A stretch of DNA of 32,216 nt from a virus (taxonomy: Duplodnaviria > Caudoviricetes). The stretch lies in IMG/VR virus record IMGVR_UViG_3300037422_000683, positions 1 through 32,216 of that record; one strand, given 5' to 3'. Below the pieces are notes generated by a model, which did no database searches, was not told the DNA's origin, and was given only the letters and a program-made list of their open reading frames with translations. Shown in pieces: positions 25,911 to 32,216 of the stretch (the stretch's first letter is position 1; every line of letters starts with the position of its first letter). Made by a program: the position numbers and the translations under genes.

Positions 25911-28586
25911 GTGGCGACGATGGTGGTCACGGTCAGCTGGTCCACGCCGTCGCAGGACGTGAACCTCAAGGGCTGGCGCGTCTACGCGTCCATGAGCGAC
26001 AGCGAGCGCGGCCAGCTCGTGGCGACGGCCGAGCCCAGCGCGCGCAGCGCCACGTTCGAGATCGCGGAGGGCGAGTACCACTTCACCGTCGTGCCCGTGT
26101 CGTCGTCGGACGTCGAAGGCGACTGGGCCAAGTCCAAGGCGCGCACCAAGACCTTCATCACGGGGCGCACGCAGAAGGCGCCGGACACGCCGTCCAACGT
26201 CGCCATCCAGCAGGTGAGCCCGGACGTGGGCGCGCGCGTGGCCGTCGATCCGCTCACGCAGGACCAGGACGCCGAGAAGATCCAGATCATCGAGGGCGAC
26301 GACGCAGCGACGGGCAAGCTCGTGGCCGAGGTCGAAGTGCCCAAGCTGGGGCCGCAGGAGGAGAGCGCGAGCCTTCCGTCCGTGCTCGTCCCGCTGGACG
26401 GCTCCGACAGCGGCGGCGCCACGCGACAGCTCCAGGTGCGATCGGTAACTCGTGGCGGGCGGGCTGGCGTCGCGGCCAGCAAGACGGTGGTCCAGCCCGA
26501 GCGCGCCGGCATGGAGGGCGTGGTCATCGCCGCCGTGGACACCTCCGGTGGCGGGTCTCTGACGAACTTCCCCACGCCGACCGGCAGCGACTTCTACACG
26601 CACGTGGCAGCCGACGGCTTCAAGACCACGCGCTGGCCGAAGATGAACGACGCGGCCGGGTGGAACCTGCTGGGTGCCGTTGGGACAGGCGCGCGGTTCA
26701 CGACCATGAAGCCGGCGCCCTACCCGACCGTCGTCAAGATCGAGAGCGACGAGGTGGACCTGGGCGCGAACCTCGTGTTCGTGCTCGAGTGTTTCGACGA
26801 GGTCAAGCGCACGAGCGCCACAGGGCTGTTCCCCAGCAAGCCCGCGTGGTCGCTCTCGTCGTACAAGATGGCCCCGAGCCTCGTCCAGGCCATCAGCGAC
26901 GACAACACCATGGGCCCGGCCTGGCTGTTCCGCACGATGATGGCGGACGGGAAGTGCCGTCGCCCGATCCCGATGGCGCGCTGGGAGTACGTGAGCGGGA
27001 CGAGCGCGAGCGTGGCCCACGCGGACGGGGACTACAAGCCCATCGTGCCCGGCGCCTGGATCTCGGGTCGCTACGTGCGCGTGCGGCTCGTGATCCGCGA
27101 CCCGCTGGGCTGGCACCAGATCAAGACCGGCAACATCAAGGTCTACGCGCGCGTGCACCGCGTGGATCGTCGTGGCGCCGGATCCCCCGAGGCGAGCGTC
27201 ACGGCGCCTGCCGGGTCGCGCTACCTCGACACCACGAACCAGCTCCTGTACGTGAAGGGCTCGGGTACGGGCAACACCGGATGGGTGGACGTGCGCGGTC
27301 CCGCGGGGCGCTTGGTCTACACGGGGAGCGGATCGCCGGAAGGCGTGCTCGACGCCGCCGCTGGCTCGCTCTACCTCCAGACGGGCAGCGAGCCCTACGG
27401 CGCCTGGATCAAGATCTCGGCGGCCGGCTCGTCGTCGGGCTGGATCCTGATCGGCCCTCCGGGCTTCGCGCTGGGCAGCAAGACCGCGTCGTTCGCGGTG
27501 GCTGCTGCGGAGTCGACCAAGCTCTTCCTCGTGGACACGACGGGCGGCGCCGTGGCTGTCACGATGGCGGCGGCCGTGCCCGCCCGGTTCACGTTCGGCC
27601 TTCACCGCAGCACGGGCGGCGCGAACGCGCTCGCCTTCGCGCCCGCGGGCCAGACCGTCAACGGGGCCGCGTCGTACTCCATGCCGACGCAGTACGAGTC
27701 CGCCTGGTTCACCTACGTCGGTTCCAACGTGTGGGTGGTGTCGTTCGCGTCCGGGCGTGCCGGCTCGGTGAGCGCACACGCGACGTCGCACCAGTCGGGC
27801 GGCAGCGACCCCATCAAGCTCGACGACCTGGCGGCGCCCGACGACAACACCGACCTCGACGTCTCCACGTCCAAGCACGGCCTGACGCCGAAGGCTCCCA
27901 ATGACGCCACGAAGTTCCTGCGCGGGGATGCGTCGTGGCAGACCGCGCCCGGACGCCTCAAGGCGCGCTACGTCTACACCTCGGGCTCGGGTACTCACAC
28001 TCCGGCGGCCGGCGTGACCCTGATGCGCGTGCGAGGGCGCGGCGCTGGTGGAGGCGGTGGGGGCGTGGACGGTGTCGCGTCCCAGTGCGCGGCGGCGGGC
28101 GGCGGCGGCGAAGGGGGCGAGTTCGACCACCTGTACACGGCGCCGAGCGGTGGCTACGCCTACGCGGTCGGGGCGCTCGGTGCGGGTGGCGCGGCGGGCA
28201 ACAATCCGGGCACCGACGGCGGCGACACGACCTTCGGGGCGTACACGGCCGGTGGCGGCAAGGGCGGCGCTGGCCAGGCGGCCGCGCTCGGCACTGCCTG
28301 GGTCCAGGGCGGCGCCGGCGGCGCGTGCAGCGGAAGCCCCGACATCGGGGAGTCAGGCGCCACGGGAATGGGTGGCGGTCACCCCAGCGCGACGACGGGC
28401 AAGTCGGGCGAGGGCGGCGGACGCGGTGGCGGGAAGTGCCGCGCAAGCACGGGCGACGGCTCGGGTGCCGGGCGCGCGGCGACGGGCTACGGCGCGGGCG
28501 GTGGAGGTGCGTTCGCGATCGACGGGTCCGACTACGCGGGCGGCGACGGCTCCGCGGGCGTGATCGTGGTCGAGGAGTTCTACTAG
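25911..28586 (+). CDS. Tail fibre / receptor-binding protein with N-terminal FN3-like domain and Gly-rich C-terminal domain, 891 aa
   Basis: FN3-like VTVSW...GWRVY...GEYHFTVVPV; two GSPE modules; C-terminal YTSGSGTHTP..GV...GAGGGGG...GSAGVIVVEEFY Gly-rich fibre domain. Confidence 0.8.
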   Translation: MATMVVTVSWSTPSQDVNLKGWRVYASMSDSERGQLVATAEPSARSATFEIAEGEYHFTVVPVSSSDVEGDWAKSKARTKTFITGRTQKAPDTPSNVAIQQVSPDVGARVAVDPLTQDQDAEKIQIIEGDDAATGKLVAEVEVPKLGPQEESASLPSVLVPLDGSDSGGATRQLQVRSVTRGGRAGVAASKTVVQPERAGMEGVVIAAVDTSGGGSLTNFPTPTGSDFYTHVAADGFKTTRWPKMNDAAGWNLLGAVGTGARFTTMKPAPYPTVVKIESDEVDLGANLVFVLECFDEVKRTSATGLFPSKPAWSLSSYKMAPSLVQAISDDNTMGPAWLFRTMMADGKCRRPIPMARWEYVSGTSASVAHADGDYKPIVPGAWISGRYVRVRLVIRDPLGWHQIKTGNIKVYARVHRVDRRGAGSPEASVTAPAGSRYLDTTNQLLYVKGSGTGNTGWVDVRGPAGRLVYTGSGSPEGVLDAAAGSLYLQTGSEPYGAWIKISAAGSSSGWILIGPPGFALGSKTASFAVAAAESTKLFLVDTTGGAVAVTMAAAVPARFTFGLHRSTGGANALAFAPAGQTVNGAASYSMPTQYESAWFTYVGSNVWVVSFASGRAGSVSAHATSHQSGGSDPIKLDDLAAPDDNTDLDVSTSKHGLTPKAPNDATKFLRGDASWQTAPGRLKARYVYTSGSGTHTPAAGVTLMRVRGRGAGGGGGGVDGVASQCAAAGGGGEGGEFDHLYTAPSGGYAYAVGALGAGGAAGNNPGTDGGDTTFGAYTAGGGKGGAGQAAALGTAWVQGGAGGACSGSPDIGESGATGMGGGHPSATTGKSGEGGGRGGGKCRASTGDGSGAGRAATGYGAGGGGAFAIDGSDYAGGDGSAGVIVVEEFY

Positions 28587-28591
28587 CCGAC

Positions 28592-28666
28592 GCGCACGCG
28601 TGCGCAATCGTTGCGGCGACGGGCTCGCCTGATTGGCGAGCGCGCGGTGGCGCCGATGCTGTCGGC
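28592..28666 (+). promoter_or_regulatory. Late-promoter module 3 (distal virion/lysis operon): palindrome plus -35/-10, leaderless
   Basis: GCGCACGCGTGCGC 28592-28605, 27 nt, TTGGCG 28633-28638, 16 nt, GATGCT 28655-28660, 6 nt, GTG 28667; 21-bp identity with module 2 (CGCGCACGCGTGCGCAATCGT). Confidence 0.72.
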
Positions 28667-29353
28667 GTGGCGCAGAAGCACAACACGAGCGGCTACCCGG
28701 CCCCGGCGCTCACCATGGACGGGGACGACTACTTCGCCGGCAACCACAACGGCGTTCTGACCGCGCTCACGAACCACAGCGGCGCGCCGGATCCTTCGAG
28801 CGGCGCTCCGGTCGCATGGGGCGCCGACGAGGTGGGGCGTGTGTGGCTGGACACCACGGATCCCGCCAACCCCGTCTTCAAGCTCTGGCAGCAGCTGTCC
28901 GGCACGCCGACCTACGGCTGGCGCACGCTGCGCTACCTGAAGACGAAGTGGCTCACGGCGCCGCAGGCCGTCACGTTCAGCCCCGCGAGCCCCGCGGCGG
29001 CCGACGTCGCGGCGACGGACGTGGACCTCACGACGCTCCTGGATGGCGCGGGCGTGCAGGACACTTCGCAGACCGCGCCTGTCGTCAAGGGCGTGTGGCT
29101 GCGCGTGCGCGTCCGCACAGGCGCCAGCGAGACGATCACGGCGGCCACGGACCACGCGTACTTCCAGCTCAACGAGAAGAGCAGCACCGTCGTGCAGCGG
29201 CTCTACTGCCAGGTCGCCAACCGCTACGTCGAGCGCACCGTGTTCGTGCCGCTCGACTCGGGCGAGATCTTCCAGTTCCTCGTCAAGGTCGGCGGTGGCA
29301 CGCCGGCGTTCGAGTACGAGGCCTGGGTGGTGGGACTGGTGGAAGCGCTCTGA
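28667..29353 (+). CDS. Probable virion (minor tail/fibre-associated) protein, 228 aa
   Basis: TNHSGAPDP...GRVWLDTT motif common in phage tail proteins; beta-rich C-terminal domain. Confidence 0.65.
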   Translation: MAQKHNTSGYPAPALTMDGDDYFAGNHNGVLTALTNHSGAPDPSSGAPVAWGADEVGRVWLDTTDPANPVFKLWQQLSGTPTYGWRTLRYLKTKWLTAPQAVTFSPASPAAADVAATDVDLTTLLDGAGVQDTSQTAPVVKGVWLRVRVRTGASETITAATDHAYFQLNEKSSTVVQRLYCQVANRYVERTVFVPLDSGEIFQFLVKVGGGTPAFEYEAWVVGLVEAL

Positions 29354-29369
29354 CCCCTGGAGGACCCTC

Positions 29370-29903
29370 ATGCGTCACGCATCCCTGTTCGCGTTCCTGC
29401 TCCTCGTCGCCATCGCACTCCCCGCGTGCACCTCGGGCGTGGTCGGCTACGGCACGGCCGCCATGCCCGTCGCCGCCGCGCCGCCGTGCCAGGTCCCGTC
29501 CGGTCAGTCTTTCGTCGTGCTGCCCGCCGGCTCGCCCTGCGTCGCCGCTGCTCCGAGCGCCGGCCAGGTGACGGCGCAGGTGGTCGGCGTGCAGCCGGCC
29601 GCGGCTGGACAGCAGCTCGTGGCGGTGCAGTACCGCGTCGGAGCCCAGGAGTGGACTCGCGCCGGGCTCCAGGTGCCCGGCAACGTCGTGATCTGCGCGG
29701 GGAACTTCCTGCGGTGCGCGCTGGACGCGCTCTTCCCCATCCCGCAGCCCACGGCGGTCCCGGTCATGGCGCCGGTGGCCGCCCCCGCTCCCGCCGCCGC
29801 GCCGTGCGCTCCCGCCGCGGGCCCGCCCGTGAGCCTGCCGTGCCCGGAGCCGGTCGCCTACGGGCCTCCCCTGTACTGCGTCGCCACCACCTGCGCGACC
29901 TGA
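29370..29903 (+). CDS. Cys/Pro/Ala-rich lipoprotein, 177 aa
   Basis: MRHASLFAFLLLVAIALPAC signal peptide II (lipobox LPAC); GGAGG RBS. Confidence 0.75.
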   Translation: MRHASLFAFLLLVAIALPACTSGVVGYGTAAMPVAAAPPCQVPSGQSFVVLPAGSPCVAAAPSAGQVTAQVVGVQPAAAGQQLVAVQYRVGAQEWTRAGLQVPGNVVICAGNFLRCALDALFPIPQPTAVPVMAPVAAPAPAAAPCAPAAGPPVSLPCPEPVAYGPPLYCVATTCAT

Positions 29904-29921
29904 AGGTAGGCGAGGCGTCCC

Positions 29922-30719
29922 GTGGGGCCCTTCGACTCCCTGATCGGTGGCGCGCTGGCGGCGGCCGAGGACCCGGCCGCGCCGCGGCTGGCGCGCTACC
30001 GCCCCGTCGGCGCGCTGCCCGACGAGGCGTGGGCGGCGCTGTCGGCCCCGCAGTACCAGCGACGCGCGTCGTCCTGCCTCCCGCACGCCGTCGCGTTCGC
30101 GCTCGAAGCCGAGGCACTCGAGCGGACCGGCGCCCTCGTGCAGGTGTCCATCATGGACGCCTACTACGGCTACCGCCGCCTCGCCGGCGACTGGCCCAAC
30201 GACGTCGGCTCCTACCCGCACAAGGCGCAGGAGTGGCACCGCGACCACGGGACCGTCAGCGCCGTCGTCGCGCCCTACGACGACACGATGGTCACCACGT
30301 GGCGGCCGAAGCCGGAGTGGGCCGACGATCGTCCGCTGCTCACGGCCGAGCTCGAGCGCATGCCGGCCGACGTGGAGCAGATCAAGGCCGAGATCGCGGC
30401 GCGCCGCTGCGTGATCGTGTGCCACCACGTCTACGCGCAGATGGCGAACACCGGCCTCGGCAACGCGGGTAGCACCGGGCTCGAGCTCGACCAGGGCGTG
30501 GACCCGAGCCTGTCGCTGGGTGGTCACGCGCGCTGCATCGTGGCCTACAAGAACCAGCGCTTCGGCTTCATCAACTGGTGGAAGGGGTGGGGCGTCGCGC
30601 ACCCGAAGGACCTGCGCTTTCCGGACTCGTTCTCGTGGGTGCCCGAGGCGCTCGTGGTGAGCTCGCGGTGGCAGTTCGACTTCCGGCGCATCGCCCGCGG
30701 CCTCGCGGTGGAGGTCTGA
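29922..30719 (+). CDS. Papain-like (C1A-type) cysteine protease, 265 aa
   Basis: Q-x5-C (QRRASSC, Cys codon 30075), GGHARCIVAY (His 30525), INWWKGWG (Asn 30573); no signal peptide. Confidence 0.85.
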   Translation: MGPFDSLIGGALAAAEDPAAPRLARYRPVGALPDEAWAALSAPQYQRRASSCLPHAVAFALEAEALERTGALVQVSIMDAYYGYRRLAGDWPNDVGSYPHKAQEWHRDHGTVSAVVAPYDDTMVTTWRPKPEWADDRPLLTAELERMPADVEQIKAEIAARRCVIVCHHVYAQMANTGLGNAGSTGLELDQGVDPSLSLGGHARCIVAYKNQRFGFINWWKGWGVAHPKDLRFPDSFSWVPEALVVSSRWQFDFRRIARGLAVEV

Positions 30720-30721
30720 CC

Positions 30722-31081
30722 ATGCGCGGCGCCATGGCTCTTCTGCTTGCCCTCGTCCTCGCCGCCTGCACCGACGCGGTCTGGACCGTCCCCGTGGTGC
30801 CCCCGGCCCCGCCGCCCGCGCCCGCCCCCGTGGACCCCGTCACGCCGCCGACGCAGGTGGCCACGCACGAGGCCGTGAGGAGCCTCCAGAACGGCGCCAC
30901 GCTCGACGAGGTCACGGCGCATCTCGGCTTCCAGCACGTGCTCGGCGCGCGCCAGGACGACGGCACGATGATCGCCCGGTGGCCCGCCGTGAACGCCGAA
31001 GGCGCCCCGCGCTGGGTGGACGTGGTCTTCGGTGCCGACGGCGGCCTCAAGGGCTACGCGCTACTCCCGAGGGCCCAGTAG
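30722..31081 (+). CDS. Lipoprotein with Pro-rich linker and SmpA/OmlA(BamE)-like domain, 119 aa
   Basis: Lipobox LAAC; LQNGATLDEVTAHLG motif and C-terminal VVFGADG strand; GGAGG RBS. Confidence 0.7.
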   Translation: MRGAMALLLALVLAACTDAVWTVPVVPPAPPPAPAPVDPVTPPTQVATHEAVRSLQNGATLDEVTAHLGFQHVLGARQDDGTMIARWPAVNAEGAPRWVDVVFGADGGLKGYALLPRAQ

Positions 31082-31082
31082 C

Positions 31083-31364
31083 GTGCGCCGCGTCCTCGCC
31101 ATCCTCGCGGTCCTGCTCGTCACCGCGTGCGCCGCGCGTCCGCACCCCGTCGCGTGGACGCACCCGACCGCGCTCTACCACGATGCGCACGGCGCGATCG
31201 TCGGCACGCCCCCGCCGCGGACCGGCGGCAACCAGGGTCTTCCCTGGGTCGAGGTCTACGTCTCCAGCCCCGGCGGCGCGATGAACAAGGCGCGCGTGTG
31301 GGGGTGGTCAGAACAGGAAGCGATGCGCGACGCCGAGATCGTCGCGCGCGCCCTTGGGAGGTGA
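31083..31364 (+). CDS. Lipoprotein, 93 aa
   Basis: MRRVLAILAVLLVTAC signal peptide II (lipobox VTAC). Confidence 0.7.
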   Translation: MRRVLAILAVLLVTACAARPHPVAWTHPTALYHDAHGAIVGTPPPRTGGNQGLPWVEVYVSSPGGAMNKARVWGWSEQEAMRDAEIVARALGR

Positions 31365-31367
31365 ACC

Positions 31368-31571
31368 GTGGAAGATCTGCACAAGCCCTGGTGGGCGCGG
31401 TCCTCGTTCGCAACGTCCATCCTCGGCACGCTCGGCGTGCTGCTGGCGGCGCGGCGTCTCGGCTGGGACGGCGTGCCCGACGAGCTGATCCTGACCGTGG
31501 CGGGGAACTGGCTCATCTGGATCGGCTACTTGCGCTGGGCTCCCAGCGACAAGCCGCCGGAGGCGCGGTGA
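31368..31571 (+). CDS. Small two-TM membrane protein, holin-like, 67 aa
   Basis: KPWWARSS start, two hydrophobic segments, charged C-terminus; GGAGG RBS. Confidence 0.6.
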   Translation: MEDLHKPWWARSSFATSILGTLGVLLAARRLGWDGVPDELILTVAGNWLIWIGYLRWAPSDKPPEAR

Positions 31572-31575
31572 CGGG

Positions 31576-31863
31576 ATGGAGCGCCGTGATCTGCACTTCG
31601 AGCCGGCCCACGGGTCCGACGCCCTGCGCCTTCGGCACGTCGAGACGCACCTCGTGAGACAGGGCGCAACCCTGACCGAGACCGAGCGCGAGCGCATGGC
31701 GGATCGCGCGGAGAGCCTGCGTCGTCTGCAAGTCCTCGAGAAGGGCTACAACGGCATGCTCGCGTGGGTGGGCGCGCAGAAGGTCCGCTGGGGCGTGGTC
31801 GCCACGATCGTGAGCATCGCCGGCGGCGTTGTCGCCGGCCTGCTCGTGAAGTGGCTCGGCTGA
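31576..31863 (+). CDS. Coiled-coil protein with C-terminal TM helix (XhlA-like/holin-associated), 95 aa
   Basis: LRHVE...RRLQVLEK coiled coil followed by WGVVATIVSIAGGVVAGLLVKW. Confidence 0.65.
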   Translation: MERRDLHFEPAHGSDALRLRHVETHLVRQGATLTETERERMADRAESLRRLQVLEKGYNGMLAWVGAQKVRWGVVATIVSIAGGVVAGLLVKWLG

Positions 31864-32216
31864 TGCGCCACTGGTGGAACCGCACGCCGGAGGAGCAGGA
31901 CGCGATCGCGCGGTGGGTGCGCGGCGAGGCGCCGCCGCCGCTGCTCGCAGCCAAGCAGGCGCGCGAGGCGGAGCGTGTCGCCCACCAGTCGGCGCGCGCG
32001 CGGCACCGCTGTACGGCGTGCGGAGGCTCGGGCCAGGTGCTGCTGATGGTCAGCACGCGCACCGAGGGGCGCGTCGGGGCGACCGTGCCCTGCAACGCGT
32101 GCCGCGCCGAGGAGCACGCCGAGACGCTCGCGAACATCCGCCGTGCGGCGCTCGAGCGGCGGGCGGCAGCGCCCGCGCGTCGGCATGGCAGCAGCCTGGC
32201 AGCGGCCCGGGCGTAG
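31863..32216 (+). CDS. Small protein with DnaJ-type Zn-finger motif, 117 aa
   Basis: CTACGGSG...VPCNAC; TGATG overlap. Confidence 0.6.
   Translation: MRHWWNRTPEEQDAIARWVRGEAPPPLLAAKQAREAERVAHQSARARHRCTACGGSGQVLLMVSTRTEGRVGATVPCNACRAEEHAETLANIRRAALERRAAAPARRHGSSLAAARA

Larger units (their letters stand above)
1..32216 (+). mobile_element. Tailed bacteriophage/prophage genome segment (siphovirus-like, non-contractile tail)
   Basis: Canonical gene order terminase-portal-MuF-protease/capsid-adaptors-tail tube-chaperone-tape measure-Dit-hub-tip-fibre-lysis; many overlapping ATGA/GTGA stop-start junctions; no tail sheath seen; no integrase or att site in window. Confidence 0.96.

Noticed and set aside
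11760-28605. The three GCGCACGCGTGCGC palindromes as terminators, CRISPR repeats or att sites
   Set aside because: No proper loop or U-tract, kilobases apart with no spacer array, and fixed spacing to downstream promoter-like boxes fits an operator better
25911-29353. Diversity-generating retroelement or invertible fibre cassette
   Set aside because: No reverse transcriptase or invertase and no near-identical TR/VR pair or inverted crossover sites seen by eye
31863-32216. DnaJ chaperone
   Set aside because: Only one CxxCxGxG plus CxxC; no J-domain or HPD motif

Overview
A very GC-rich, gene-dense tailed-phage (siphovirus-like) genome segment with almost all genes on the + strand. Left arm (1-8.2 kb): replication and accessory genes, including a truncated PolB-type 3'-5' exonuclease, a Gp37/Gp68 (DUF5131) protein, a HerA/DUF87-like ATPase with two C-terminal winged-helix-like repeats, RusA, a DnaQ-like exonuclease, a probable replication initiator with internal iteron-like repeats, and two minus-strand genes (a lipoprotein moron and an HTH protein). 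Then packaging and morphogenesis: TerS-like HTH, five small inserted ORFs, TerL, portal, MuF, a fused protease-scaffold-major capsid, head-tail joining genes, tail tube, G/GT chaperone with a -1 frameshift, tape measure, Dit, hub, gpJ-like tip and fibre. The right end is a lysis-like module with three lipoproteins, a papain-like cysteine protease and two small membrane proteins, but no recognisable glycan-cleaving endolysin. Most striking non-coding signal: a perfect 14-bp palindrome (GCGCACGCGTGCGC) found three times, each with the same spacing (27 nt, -35-like, 16 nt, -10-like, 6-7 nt, start codon), suggesting an activator-dependent leaderless late-promoter system. No integrase, tRNA, rRNA or CRISPR was seen. 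All calls come from motif recognition by eye; no database searches were run.
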